The position numbers were made by a program, and so were the translations under genes. A DNA stretch of 58,974 nucleotides from a bacterium. Its GTDB lineage: Bacteria > Patescibacteriota > Minisyncoccia > JAUYLV01. Below the pieces are notes generated by a model that saw only the letters and a list, made by a program, of their open reading frames with translations, did no database searches and was not told where the DNA came from. The stretch is from contig JAUYLV010000053.1 of NCBI GenBank assembly GCA_030699565.1, positions 1 through 58,974 on the forward strand. Reading direction: 5' to 3'. Below, one piece after another: positions 42,640 to 52,611 of this stretch (position 1 is the first letter of the stretch; the number at the start of each line of letters is the position of its first letter).

Positions 42640-43107
42640 TGTTATTGGAGGTTATCTTTGAAAACACGTGCCGCATTCAAGGTTCTGCGCCAAGACCTTA
42701 CTTCGGTCGGCTTGCTTGGCGCTCCGCGCAAACGATACCATTTTGATATCTGGAATAGGCCGGATGAGCCGATCTCCCGTCATCCGCGAAAAGGGTGAAA
42801 TTCTCCAGTGGAGAATTTCACGGGCGAGTACGATGTTTCCAATTAATGAAGGCTCGCCCAGGGGGAGGGACTGTGGGTTGCGCCAACGCTGGCGGATGCA
42901 CGGTCGCTGCAGCGATATGCGTTAATGAAGCACGGCATCAAAACGCGGATATTCCGGAGCCGTATTGGCAGAGTGCTTCACCGTACGTCTTGCAGGGTCA
43001 AGACCGATGGAGTTTATTTTACGAAGAGCGACGAGGTGTGCATTTACACCTCCCCCGCGTCAAACGCGGCTTCGCAAGCCCCCTCAATGAGGAGGGGATG
43101 TCCGGTG
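42640..43107. other. Hairpin-dense non-coding region (structured RNA or stacked palindromic units)
   Basis: No credible ORF on either strand. Stems include 42687-42722 (8 bp), 42761-42786 (7 bp), 42795-42821 (12 bp perfect), 42822-42859 (7 bp), 43033-43052 and 43055-43069. Confidence 0.5.
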
Positions 43108-43111
43108 AAAT

Positions 43112-43147
43112 CAAAAACCTCAACGATTGTACGTTGAGGTGTTTTTT
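43112..43147. terminator. Bidirectional intrinsic terminator
   Basis: ACCTCAACG-ATTGTA-CGTTGAGGT flanked by AAAAA and TTTTTT. It overlaps the stop of the minus-strand DUF1653 gene. Confidence 0.75.
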
Positions 43148-43391
43148 AGATTGCAATGACGAATGTGAAGCGCGGCCCTAGGTATCCGTCACGATCAACG
43201 CGCTCGGTGAACATGGACAAAGGCCTTATCAGGAATTCATGATCCGAATAATACAGCCTGGCCGGCCGATATACGACCATTTTTTCCTGCGTTTCGGTGT
43301 GGGTGGCTATGCCGATAACCTCATACAGGTTGCCTTCGAAGTGCCGCCAAATGCCGGGCTTGATATCGGCTGCTTGAGCCTTCGCCATCAA
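43146..43391 (-). CDS. DUF1653-domain protein
   Basis: 81 aa. WRHFEGNLYEVIGIATHTETQEKMVVYR...IRPLSMF matches my recollection of DUF1653. Overlaps the guaB stop. Confidence 0.65.
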   Translation of the reverse strand: MMAKAQAADIKPGIWRHFEGNLYEVIGIATHTETQEKMVVYRPARLYYSDHEFLIRPLSMFTERVDRDGYLGPRFTFVIAI

Positions 43392-44902
43392 TTTTCCTCC
43401 TTCGGAGTGATCCGGTAATTTGGCGGCTCTTTGGTGATGATCACATCGTGTGGATGCGATTCCTGCATGTCGACCGGCGAACAGAAGTCGGCCTTTTCCT
43501 TCAACTCCTTAATGGTCGCGGCCCCCACGTATCCCATACCTTTGCGCAATCCCCCCAAAAGTTGAATCAGCACTTCACGAATCTCGTCCTTATAAGGAAC
43601 CATGCCTTCTACGCCTTCGGGTACGATCCTGTCCTTGGGCTGCGGCTCTTTCTGTCCGTAACGGTCGTTGCTTAGGTTGCTTTGCAGCGCGCCTATCGAG
43701 CCCATTCCCCGGTAAGATTTATAGCGCATGCCCCGATAGGTGGTAATCTCTCCCGGCGCTTCTTTTGTTCCGGCAAGTAGGTTTCCCAACATGACCGAGT
43801 CCGCACCCGCACCTATCGCAATGGGAATATCGCCCGAATGCCGTATGCCGCCATCGGCGATGAGTGGGACGCCGGATCCGCGGATCGCTTTCTCACACTG
43901 GTAAATTGCGGTCACTTGTGGGCAGCCGATTCCGGCGATGACCCGGGTGGTGCAGATCGAACCGGGGCCTTGGCCGATCTTTATGGCGTCGGCACCCGCG
44001 TCGACAAGCCGCCGGGCCGATGCTCCTTCCGAAACGTTTCCTACGACAACGTCGAGATCCGGATAGTGCCTTTTGATCTCGCGCAAAGTTTCATGCACGG
44101 ACCTTGAATCGCCGTGGGCTGTATCGATGCAGACGGCATCAATCTTTTTGCGGGCCAGAAGCTCGACCCGCTCAAGAGCCTTGTCTCCCACGCCGATGGC
44201 CGCACCCACGCGCAGATTGCCGTTTTTGTCGACGTTGTGCGGGAGTCCGCTTCCGGTCTTTATGCGAAGCACATCTTGCCAGACATACATGCCGCAAAGC
44301 CTGCCATTGTCGTCGATGAGCGGCAGCACTTTCTTCTTGCTTCTGCGCATGAGGTTGTATGCCTCATCAATGGTTGTTTCGCACCGGGCGGTTACCAGTT
44401 CCCGCGACATGACTTCGGAGACGACGAGCGAAGGGTCAGTGCAAAATTCAAAATCTGTTTTTGTGAGCATGCCCGCGAGTTTTTCATCGCCGTCCAGCAC
44501 CGGAAACGTATCGAATGCAAACTTCTTTTCTCTGATATACGCAAGCACCCGCTCGATTGTGTCGGTGGTTTTGACGGTTCGTGGGCGATCAATGCGGCCG
44601 TTCAGATGCAACTTCACTTGGGCAACCTGAAAGGCCTGTTCTTCCGGTGGAAGATTACGGTGGATGAATCCGATGCCGCCCCATTTCGCTATTTCGATGG
44701 CAAGGCGGTATTCGGTAACAGTGTCCATCGCTGCACTTACGATAGGGGAACGCAGCGGAATATTGCGCGAAAGCCGTGTATGCAGTGAAACATCATCCGG
44801 CATCACTTCCGAGTACCCGGTTTTGAGCCGTACGTGATCGAATGAAACCGCCTTACCCAATGCATCCATTTTTTCAAAGAACGCGTCTTTGCGTAGCGTC
44901 AC
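43388..44902 (-). CDS. guaB: IMP dehydrogenase
   Basis: 504 aa. Catalytic loop [11 protein letters not shown], a CBS pair, and GGIRHSGDI. Confidence 0.9.
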   Translation of the reverse strand: MTLRKDAFFEKMDALGKAVSFDHVRLKTGYSEVMPDDVSLHTRLSRNIPLRSPIVSAAMDTVTEYRLAIEIAKWGGIGFIHRNLPPEEQAFQVAQVKLHLNGRIDRPRTVKTTDTIERVLAYIREKKFAFDTFPVLDGDEKLAGMLTKTDFEFCTDPSLVVSEVMSRELVTARCETTIDEAYNLMRRSKKKVLPLIDDNGRLCGMYVWQDVLRIKTGSGLPHNVDKNGNLRVGAAIGVGDKALERVELLARKKIDAVCIDTAHGDSRSVHETLREIKRHYPDLDVVVGNVSEGASARRLVDAGADAIKIGQGPGSICTTRVIAGIGCPQVTAIYQCEKAIRGSGVPLIADGGIRHSGDIPIAIGAGADSVMLGNLLAGTKEAPGEITTYRGMRYKSYRGMGSIGALQSNLSNDRYGQKEPQPKDRIVPEGVEGMVPYKDEIREVLIQLLGGLRKGMGYVGAATIKELKEKADFCSPVDMQESHPHDVIITKEPPNYRITPKEEN

Positions 44903-44970
44903 GGTATTCCTCCTATGAGTTTGGTTGGATCAGAAGTCGTGACTATACAATAAAATAAAATATTGCGCAA

Positions 44971-45106
44971 TAGATGTTGTTAAGAGTCTTAAATTAATAC
45001 ACCTCCCCAAGCCCCTCCTTAAAGAGGAGGGGGTAAAGAAGAGAATCCCTCCTTAGGAGGGGATACAGAGAAACCCCCTCATCATAAGAGGAGGGGGTTA
45101 AATGTG
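44971..45106. mobile_element. 136-bp hairpin-array insertion flanked by 10-bp direct repeats
   Basis: TATTGCGCAA at 44961-44970 and 45107-45116. The interior has three CCCTCC/GGAGGG-type hairpins. Confidence 0.55.
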
Positions 45107-45144
45107 TATTGCGCAACTGCTACAATTGCGATAGTCTAATTTCC

Positions 45145-45840
45145 ATGACATTCGAACTGCTTTTGCTTTGGATCGCGCTGATTTCAGCCTTCGGCGTCGG
45201 CGGGGCATGGTACGCACGCCATACGGGGCGGGCGGACGCGCTGATCGCGCTTTATGTCGCCTTCGTGGTCTTTTCCAATATTGCCGCATCAAAAACCATC
45301 GCATTTGATCTTGGTTTTGCCACATTCTTCGCTCCTGCCGCCGTACTCATATTTTCGGTAACGTTCCTGTTCACCGATATCGTCAACGAACGATTCGGCA
45401 GGAGCGAGACGCAGCGCATGATCCTGATCGCGCTTGCCTCACAGATCGCCATGATGCTCTTTTCGTATCTGGTGGTGCATGCGGTGCCCGCGCCGTTCTT
45501 TGCGAACCAGGAAGCGTTCGTGTTCGTGTTCGGCAGCGTGCCTCGCCTGGTTGTGGCGAGTCTTATCGCATTTTACCTAAGCGAAAACGCTGACGCGTAT
45601 TTATTCCATTGGTTCCGCAATCTGACCGGTGGGCGGCATCTTTGGATGCGCAATGCGTTCAGTTCCCTGCCTTCCATGGCGCTCGACAGCGTATTGTTCG
45701 TGACGATCGCGTTCTGGGGTGTTATGCCTGTCATGCCGCTCATCGGCGGACTCATTGTTATCAAGTGGCTTGTCGGCATCGTAGATATTCCTTTTATGTA
45801 TCTTGCGCGTGCGGTATTGGGGAGATCGCAAAATTCATAG
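45145..45840 (+). CDS. yhhQ: YhhQ/DUF165-family queuosine-precursor transporter-like membrane protein
   Basis: Start at MTFELLLLW. Motifs VFSNIAASK and VTFLFTDIVNERFG. Confidence 0.7.
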   Translation: MTFELLLLWIALISAFGVGGAWYARHTGRADALIALYVAFVVFSNIAASKTIAFDLGFATFFAPAAVLIFSVTFLFTDIVNERFGRSETQRMILIALASQIAMMLFSYLVVHAVPAPFFANQEAFVFVFGSVPRLVVASLIAFYLSENADAYLFHWFRNLTGGRHLWMRNAFSSLPSMALDSVLFVTIAFWGVMPVMPLIGGLIVIKWLVGIVDIPFMYLARAVLGRSQNS

Positions 45841-45856
45841 CACATTATAAAACGAG

Positions 45857-45885
45857 CCCCCTTTTTTGAGGGGGATTTTTATTAT
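45857..45885. terminator. Bidirectional terminator between convergent genes
   Basis: CCCCCT-TTTTTG-AGGGGG followed by ATTTTTATT. Confidence 0.6.
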
Positions 45886-45897
45886 CGATATCTTTGA

Positions 45898-47214
45898 TTA
45901 TGCCGCCACGGCAATGGATGATATGAGATAATCCTGAACCTTGGCGGCGACTTTTGGATCGCTTAATACTTTTCGGTGTTCCTCGAAGGTGCAAATGCGC
46001 AAGCTTGCGTATGCGCGGCCCTCTTCTTCCAGCGCTTTAAAGTGATCGGCATAATAATCGCTCATATTTGCGGCTTTACCGCCGCGCATATAGATCTTGA
46101 TATCTTGCGGTACGAAGCGCTCGGGCGAGAACGGCGGCACAATGACGATGGATCCGGCCGGAAGTCCAACGAGTTTTTCGACTTCGGATTCTACCGCCTC
46201 CAGTTTGGATGGAGTGATGAATTCATCGGCATCGCTGATGCGCTGCATCTCGGTTTCGGACAAGCCCATGATGCGCAGGGGCTTGGTGTCGGTGGCCGAT
46301 AACGTGAACTGTTTTCCGCGGAATTCAATTGCTGTCCTAGGAAGGTTCCGATCAAGAAAACGCCGGTATAGGCTTTGAAGCGCAGGGCTTCCCGATGTCT
46401 CAAAAAGCCCCATAAGGCCGAAATCCGTAAGCGCCCAAAAATCATTTTCATGCATGGGTGAGTTGCGCAAAAGTTCCGCGGTCATTTTTTGCACCAGCCG
46501 CTGCGCGATGGCCGAATTTTTTCGCAGGTATACGTTCTTGAACATTTTGACATAAAATTCCTGGATGGCCTTTGCCTGATCGATCGCTTTTTCGTCGATC
46601 ATGATCTCGCCGTCGATGAAATACGTGTAACGCGCCAGGTATTCAACGCCCGGAATCTCGCCCAGCGTATAGTAGGCATCTCGCGCCAAGTAATCGAGCT
46701 TTTCGGCGCCGAGATTTTTGTCGTGCACGCCGCGATAGAGGGGATTTTCGTGCGTGAAGAATTTTTTAAATTCTGCAAAATCGATACCGACCGCTCCGAC
46801 CGCATCTTGCAAGGAATCAATGATAATGGCTCCGTTTTGGTCATGATCGCGGCCATAAAGCTCGCGGGTGACCGCTTCCACCACATGCGAAAAGGGTCCG
46901 TGGCCGATGTCGTGCCACAGGGCGAAGGCGATGAGCATGTGTGCCTCGTTTTTTGTGATCATGCCCCAATGCAGCCAGCGGTCGGCAAGTTCCTGCGTGC
47001 GCCTAAACGCTCCGAAGGAATGCTGCTTGCGGGTGTGGGTTGCGGACGGAAAAAGAATATTCGTGACCCCAAGCTGGTACTTGAATCCCAGTGCCTGAAA
47101 GGGCGGCACGTCGATCATGGGAAGGTAATCGGTAATGTCGATCAAGCCCCACAACGGATCGCAGACTATTTTGACGTTTTTGACGTGTTCGGTTTCCATA
47201 GCTATCGCCACCAT
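45898..47214 (-). CDS. HD-domain phosphohydrolase (dGTPase/SAMHD1-like)
   Basis: HSFGAF...LWHDIGHGPFSH motif. The start is uncertain (47214, 47199, or the TTG at 47280). Confidence 0.7.
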   Translation of the reverse strand: MVAIAMETEHVKNVKIVCDPLWGLIDITDYLPMIDVPPFQALGFKYQLGVTNILFPSATHTRKQHSFGAFRRTQELADRWLHWGMITKNEAHMLIAFALWHDIGHGPFSHVVEAVTRELYGRDHDQNGAIIIDSLQDAVGAVGIDFAEFKKFFTHENPLYRGVHDKNLGAEKLDYLARDAYYTLGEIPGVEYLARYTYFIDGEIMIDEKAIDQAKAIQEFYVKMFKNVYLRKNSAIAQRLVQKMTAELLRNSPMHENDFWALTDFGLMGLFETSGSPALQSLYRRFLDRNLPRTAIEFRGKQFTLSATDTKPLRIMGLSETEMQRISDADEFITPSKLEAVESEVEKLVGLPAGSIVIVPPFSPERFVPQDIKIYMRGGKAANMSDYYADHFKALEEEGRAYASLRICTFEEHRKVLSDPKVAAKVQDYLISSIAVAA

Positions 47215-47346
47215 AGCATTATCAGGGGTTTTTCGCAAAATGGCCTTAAAATATCGGCGTAATTGCGTTGCTTGCCTCAAAATTTAGCCTGCTGTACCAT
47301 GGCGTCAATGATCCTTTAAATATTTTATGGTTTTTATGGAGGTCTT

Positions 47347-49488
47347 ATGGAAAATGACATTATCCGGCCTAAAGTTATGGCCTGCGGAAGGTGGAATCGG
47401 CACTCGTCACAGCACCAAGAGGCGCGAGCGCTATGGAAAATCCGCAACGCGCATGATGTCGGCAAGGCATCGGACGCCGAACTTGCAGCGGCACAGGATG
47501 ATCTGGCTAAGTTGGTTATTCGGGAGCTTGAGTCCTGCGGAGTTGACTATATTGAGGATGGGGGTATTCGTCTCGACTCGATTTTTGATATCGCGCGACG
47601 CATCGGAGGCTGCGAAGGCTTTGCCATGCTATCGCGCATTCCCGAGACGAACCACTTCCATCGTCAGGCGGTAGCCCGGTTGCCGCTTATGCATAATGAA
47701 TCTTTGCGCGGTGACGATCTCGCTTTTGCTCGGCAACACACGAAAAAATCCGTGGTCATGAGTCTTGTGGGACCCTATACGCTGGCGCGACAAACTCGCA
47801 ATGTCCATGAGGTTGGCTTGGAACGATTTGCGCTCGCATACGCAACGGCACTGCGCGTCGAAGTCGAAGCCCTTGTTTCGGCGGGGGCGGTGTATGTGCG
47901 GATCGAAGAGCCCCAGATCCTGACGCATCCGCTTGATCGCGACCTGTTTGAGCGGGTGATGCATCAGTTGACCGAGGGGGTTAGGCAAGATCGGCTGATG
48001 CTCGCTTCCTGGTTCGCTGATGTTCCCGATGTCAAAACGTATTTTTCGCTGCCGTTCGGTTCGTTCTGGGTTGATGTTGTGGAAGGCCGCGGAGCGCTGG
48101 ATGCAATGAAGTATTTTCCGGAAGGCAAGATGTTTGTCGCGGGCATTGTAGACGCGCGGCAGCCTATCGCCGAATCGATCGAGCTTTTGGAGACGCGATA
48201 TGGGTACTTGCGCCGGTTTCTGCCGACGGAACGTATTGTGTTGGCGCCGAACGCGGACTTGGATTTTTTACCCTGGAACGAAGCGGTGGCAAAGGTTAAG
48301 ACGCTTGTGGCGTTTGCCAGTCTATGCGAGGCGCCGTTTTCGGCGGCGCATCATCTGCGGGAGCCGCTTTATAAGCGCATACAGGTTGCGATCAAATATC
48401 CCGTACACGAGCCGCATGCCATTCCCGCTTCCGTATCATCGGCTGCAAAGCCGTATGATGTCTCCAGGATCCTTGCGCATACGGACTTTCCCACCTCCAC
48501 CGTCGGGAGCTTTCCTCAGCCTCAAGAGGTTCGCAGTGCTCGCGTGGCATTGCGCAAAGGGGAGATGGCCGCCGATGCATATCGCCGGCTGGTCGAGGAA
48601 TACACGCTTCGCTGGATCATTGCGCAGGAAGAGCTTGATATTACGGTGCCGGTCGGTGGCGAGATCTTGCGTGAAGATATGGCGGCCTATTTCGGTATCA
48701 AGCTTGGCGGTGCGCTCGGTGACTTCGTGCCGTCGTATGAAAACCGACGGTATCGGCCGGTCATATACGACAAACCTATCGTGGACGCGGGAGCCATGAT
48801 CATCGACGACTTTTCGTTTTTACAATCATTGACGAGGCTGCCGATGAAAGAAACGTTGACGGGACCGGCTACGCTCGCCGATTGGGGCCTTTTGAAGCTG
48901 TCGGAGTATTGGCGCGACAGGGGACTATTCAAACGCGATCTGGCAGCCGCTTTGCGGTGCGAGATTGGTCGGCTGATCGATGCGGGCGCCAGGATCATTC
49001 AAATCGACGAGCCGGCGCTTACCACCAAGATGCGTGGTTTTGAAAGCGACATTGCGGCCATCCGCCAATCGTTCGAGGGCTTCGAGGATCGGGCGTACTT
49101 CATTCTCCATATTTGCTATTCGGATATGGAGGCGCTTGATGCGGCGTTTCCCGAAATGCTGAAGTTGCCATTCCATCAAATTCACATGGAAATGGCCAAT
49201 CGCGGCTACGCGCTCATATCCCTCATCGAAAAATACGGTTTCGGCGGCAAGGATATCGGCCTTGGGGTGACCGATGTGCATACGGATCGCATCGAGACGG
49301 TCGACGAGATCGTCGCGGGCGTCGAGCGGACGCTTACGATCCGGCATGACGGCAAGAAGGTATTTGCACCAAGGCAACTATGGCTTACGCCGGATTGCGG
49401 CCTCAAGGAGCGCAGCGACAAGGTGACGCTCGCAAAACTGCATGTCATGTGCGAGGCGGCGCGCATCTTGCGAAAGCGCTACGCCTAG
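47347..49488 (+). CDS. metE: Cobalamin-independent methionine synthase (two-domain MetE type)
   Basis: 713 aa. C-terminal catalytic motifs HICYSD and WLTPDCGLK. Confidence 0.8.
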   Translation: MENDIIRPKVMACGRWNRHSSQHQEARALWKIRNAHDVGKASDAELAAAQDDLAKLVIRELESCGVDYIEDGGIRLDSIFDIARRIGGCEGFAMLSRIPETNHFHRQAVARLPLMHNESLRGDDLAFARQHTKKSVVMSLVGPYTLARQTRNVHEVGLERFALAYATALRVEVEALVSAGAVYVRIEEPQILTHPLDRDLFERVMHQLTEGVRQDRLMLASWFADVPDVKTYFSLPFGSFWVDVVEGRGALDAMKYFPEGKMFVAGIVDARQPIAESIELLETRYGYLRRFLPTERIVLAPNADLDFLPWNEAVAKVKTLVAFASLCEAPFSAAHHLREPLYKRIQVAIKYPVHEPHAIPASVSSAAKPYDVSRILAHTDFPTSTVGSFPQPQEVRSARVALRKGEMAADAYRRLVEEYTLRWIIAQEELDITVPVGGEILREDMAAYFGIKLGGALGDFVPSYENRRYRPVIYDKPIVDAGAMIIDDFSFLQSLTRLPMKETLTGPATLADWGLLKLSEYWRDRGLFKRDLAAALRCEIGRLIDAGARIIQIDEPALTTKMRGFESDIAAIRQSFEGFEDRAYFILHICYSDMEALDAAFPEMLKLPFHQIHMEMANRGYALISLIEKYGFGGKDIGLGVTDVHTDRIETVDEIVAGVERTLTIRHDGKKVFAPRQLWLTPDCGLKERSDKVTLAKLHVMCEAARILRKRYA

Positions 49489-49498
49489 TGTCATAATC

Positions 49499-49580
49499 CC
49501 GGACTTGACCCGTTAGAAGTTACGCCCCGCTTAGCGGGACTACTTCTGGCGGGTCTGGAAAATAGTCCGGGTTTTTTATA
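49499..49580 (+). terminator. Long compound hairpin with T-run after metE
   Basis: Outer CCCGGACT/AGTCCGGG, inner GACCCGTTAGAAGT/ACTTCTGGCGGGTC, followed by TTTTTTA. Confidence 0.6.
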
Positions 49581-49724
49581 TTATACTGGGTAGGGTAGGG
49601 GCGCGGTTTGGTGTGCGTAGCGTGATACTGTAGCATACTTCGCCATCGCCAAGCGCCTTTCCATTGATGTCTCGGGTGTAAGGAATGCGCTGCGATAACG
49701 TCTTCTTTCATACTTCTTACTATT

Positions 49725-51506
49725 ATGCGCAATTTAACCCAACAAACACTGAAGACTTTTTGGCATTTCAGCAAAAAATACCCCTGGCAGGTGGCTTTTT
49801 TGATTTTTGGGGTTATCGGGCTTACGGGTCTGTCGATCTATATTCCGCTTGTCTATCGGGATCTGATCAATGTTCTGGCTTCGGGCGCTCCCCGGGAGCA
49901 TTTTTCGGCGGCCGTGGATTTGATTGTTTTGATCCTGGTCCTGAATATTTCGCGGATCGCGTTATGGCGCACGGCAAATTTCGTCAATAATAATTTTCAG
50001 CCGGCAGTGATGCGGGATCTGATTAACGCCTGCTACCGTTATCTTAACAAGCATTCCACGAGTTTTTTCAGTTCAAATTTTGTGGGAAGCCTGGTGACGA
50101 AAGTGAAGCGGTATGAGCGGGCATATGAGCAGATCTCCGATCAGATCGTGCATGATCTGGGCCGATCGTTGCTTGAGATCGGCATGGTGCTGGCCGTGCT
50201 TTTATGGCAATACCCCAGGCTTGGATTGGTTGCGCTCGCATGGTGCGTGATCTTTTTGGTGACCTCATACGCATACTCGCGCTTTAAATTGCCCTATGAC
50301 GTGCAAAAGGCAAAATCCGACACGCTGAGCACCGCGCAGCTTGCCGACAGCATTACCAACAACGGCAACATCAAGTTGTTTTCGAACTGGCGTCTGGAGA
50401 ATGACCGATTCGGCAATGTCACGCAGCAGCAATTTCTGCTTCGCAGGAAAAGCTGGAATCTTGGAACGGTGGGAGATCTAGCCCAGGGATCCCTCATGCT
50501 GATACTCGAGTTCTACGTGATGTATCTTGCCCTGACGCTTTGGCGCGCCGATGCCATCGGTGTTGGCGATGTGGCCTTATTGCAGGCGTATCTTGTGCGC
50601 ATCTTCGATAAACTGTGGGGTACGGGAAGGAATATCAGAAATATTTACGAGGCGCTTGCCGATGCCAATGAAATGACCGAGATGCTTCTTACGCCGCACG
50701 AAGTGCAAGATGCAGCCGATGCCGCAACGCTGCGGGTGCAAAAAGGCCAAATCGTATTCGATGAGGTCGCATTCGGGTATCACAAAGAAACTTCCATATT
50801 GAAAGATTTCAATCTTGCGATCGCTCCGGGGGAACGCATTGCGCTCATCGGGCCTTCCGGTGGCGGAAAATCCACTATCATAAAATTGCTTTTCAGGTTT
50901 TATGATGTTACCGGGGGCAGTATTTACATTGACGGGCAAGACATCGCTCGCGTAACCCAGGATTCCCTGCGCGATGCGCTCTCACTCGTGCCGCAGGAGC
51001 CCATTCTTTTTCATCGCACGCTTATGGAGAATATCCGTTACGCCAAGCCCCATGCGACGGATGAGGAGATAATTAGGGCTTCATCGCTTGCTCATGCCCA
51101 TGAATTCATTTCGGAATTTCCCGGCGGTTATAATACGCTTGTCGGCGAGCGCGGCATAAAGCTTTCGGGCGGCGAACGGCAACGGGTGGCGATCGCCCGG
51201 GCGATATTGAAAGATGCGCCGATTCTGGTGCTGGACGAGGCAACCTCGTCGCTCGACAGCGAAAGCGAACTTTTCATTCAGGATGCGCTCAAAAACCTTA
51301 TGCAGAATCACACCACGATCGTTATTGCGCACCGGCTTTCCACCATTATGCAGATGGACCGCATCATCGTTATAGATGACGGAGGGATCATCGAGGAGGG
51401 TAAACATGAGGAACTTCTGCATTTGGAGGAGGGCGTCTATCAGAAACTTTGGGGCATACAGGCTGGCGGCTTTGTGTCGGCCGCTAATGCTGCCGATATG
51501 TATTAG
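49725..51506 (+). CDS. ABC exporter, fused permease/ATPase (MsbA-like)
   Basis: 593 aa. Six N-terminal TMs, Walker A GPSGGGKST, signature LSGGERQR, Walker B ILVLDEATS. Confidence 0.85.
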   Translation: MRNLTQQTLKTFWHFSKKYPWQVAFLIFGVIGLTGLSIYIPLVYRDLINVLASGAPREHFSAAVDLIVLILVLNISRIALWRTANFVNNNFQPAVMRDLINACYRYLNKHSTSFFSSNFVGSLVTKVKRYERAYEQISDQIVHDLGRSLLEIGMVLAVLLWQYPRLGLVALAWCVIFLVTSYAYSRFKLPYDVQKAKSDTLSTAQLADSITNNGNIKLFSNWRLENDRFGNVTQQQFLLRRKSWNLGTVGDLAQGSLMLILEFYVMYLALTLWRADAIGVGDVALLQAYLVRIFDKLWGTGRNIRNIYEALADANEMTEMLLTPHEVQDAADAATLRVQKGQIVFDEVAFGYHKETSILKDFNLAIAPGERIALIGPSGGGKSTIIKLLFRFYDVTGGSIYIDGQDIARVTQDSLRDALSLVPQEPILFHRTLMENIRYAKPHATDEEIIRASSLAHAHEFISEFPGGYNTLVGERGIKLSGGERQRVAIARAILKDAPILVLDEATSSLDSESELFIQDALKNLMQNHTTIVIAHRLSTIMQMDRIIVIDDGGIIEEGKHEELLHLEEGVYQKLWGIQAGGFVSAANAADMY

Positions 51507-51532
51507 GATTTGTGAATCGGCGTTTTGCAACA

Positions 51533-51562
51533 AATAGACCGCCAGAGAACTGGCGGTCTATT
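51533..51562. terminator. Bidirectional terminator
   Basis: 13-bp perfect stem AATAGACCGCCAG-AGAA-CTGGCGGTCTATT between convergent genes. Confidence 0.7.
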
Positions 51563-51583
51563 ACTTTCATATTGGAAACTCCG

Positions 51584-51976
51584 CTATTCTTCGGTAGGTT
51601 CTGCCGGAGTTGACGTTCCGCTTTCCACGAATGTGGCGCCGGCGAGCAAGCACTCGCCGATGATAGCGTTGTCGTCGGGAGAGGGGATGAACGTTTCACC
51701 TTTCAAGATCTCGTTCAGCCGCTCTTCGCCGAAGAGCTCGCGGAAACATTCTTGCTTGGCGGGCTTAAGATTTTCGAACAGCTTGGCGAATTCCAGAGGA
51801 TTAGCCGGAGCATTGCCGTCTTTATCGCGATTCAAAAGCCCCGCAGGAACGGACTCCTGGGGAGGCGGGCGGCGCGCTTCAAGCTCGGGAAGCCGCTTTT
51901 GCTGTTGCCATGCCGCAAGCGCAATGATGCCTGCGGTTGAAAGAATGATTATGCCGATGATCCATTTTGTTGGCAT
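51584..51976 (-). CDS. Membrane-anchored hypothetical protein
   Basis: 130 aa. N-terminal TM WIIGIIILSTAGIIALAAW. No motif recognised. Confidence 0.5.
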   Translation of the reverse strand: MPTKWIIGIIILSTAGIIALAAWQQQKRLPELEARRPPPQESVPAGLLNRDKDGNAPANPLEFAKLFENLKPAKQECFRELFGEERLNEILKGETFIPSPDDNAIIGECLLAGATFVESGTSTPAEPTEE

Positions 51977-52080
51977 GATGAGTATCGTACCACGTCAGAC
52001 CGCGAACGCAATATTCATTAGGGCTCCCTCTTTTCGAATGAAGAGGATCATGTGTCGAGTGCATATTTCTATAAAACACT

Positions 52081-52108
52081 TACCCTATTACATGGCTGTA
52101 ATAGGGTA
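52081..52108. repeat. 28-nt perfect hairpin element, copy 2 (reverse complement of 5548-5575)
   Basis: TACCCTATTACA-TGGC-TGTAATAGGGTA. Confidence 0.8.
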
Positions 52109-52345
52109 GGACGACAAGCGCAAGGTCATTGTTATTATGTCACCTGGCGCATATACTGATATCATGACGTCTTCTTTCGGCAGTAAAGTAAAAAAATTCC
52201 TGTTTTGGTCGCTGGTGTTTGGTGCCGCTATCATGATTGTTGAACTTGTTATTTTGAAGGTTTCCGGGTTGCTATAATGAGACTCCAGAACAATGCAGTC
52301 GATGTTATACTGATGCAATGGTTGTGCCATAACAGAAGCATCTTA

Positions 52346-52439
52346 AAATCCCTCCCCCTGCGGGTACTCCCTTTATGAAAGGGAGAATAAATCCCTCCCC
52401 CTGCGGGTACTCCCTTTATGAAAGGGAGAATGAGGGATT
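52346..52439. repeat. 2 x 43-bp tandem repeat plus an inverted partial end
   Basis: Unit AAATCCCTCCCCCTGCGGGTACTCCCTTTATGAAAGGGAGAAT at 52346-52388 and 52389-52431, then GAGGGATT. Confidence 0.85.
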
Positions 52440-52611
52440 CTTCCTTCATGTTTTTAATCAAGGTATCAGAATGACCAGTAAAAGCAGTTCTTCTATAGTC
52501 TCAAAACGGTTAAATCTGGATCCCGGACGATTAATGATTAAGATTTAATTCTTCGGGATGACAGAAACAAAAAAGAAAAACGCCCCGTTATGAACGGGGC
52601 GCTGTTTGGTG

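Noticed and set aside
42957-42992. Group II intron domain V-like string GAGCCGTAT...GTACGTCTT
   Set aside because: The upper stem and GNRA loop are missing. The AGC triad would be mispaired (C opposite T). No reverse transcriptase/maturase ORF or other intron domains are nearby.
42640-43107. tmRNA, RNase P RNA or SRP RNA next to the tRNA locus
   Set aside because: I found none of the defining sequences. RNase P: no GGAAAGTCC or ACAGAA..GGCTTA. tmRNA: no GGGG..TTCGAC 5' end, no tag ORF ending in ..LAA-stop, no T-arm-ACCA 3' end. SRP: no GGAAGCAGC core. The terminator at 43112-43147 is explained by the minus-strand guaB-DUF1653 operon.
44903-45144. preQ1 riboswitch upstream of the YhhQ-like queuosine-precursor transporter
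   Set aside because: I could not find the compact hairpin plus A-rich tail (..ACCC...AAAAAACTA..) of preQ1-I, or features of classes II and III. The spacer is instead occupied by CCCTCC hairpin repeats.
52088-52330. 80-aa minus-strand ORF downstream of the 28-nt hairpin
   Set aside because: It has no SD, no motif and no hydrophobic pattern. A shorter plus-strand single-TM ORF (52137-52277) is an equally weak alternative, so neither is listed as a feature.
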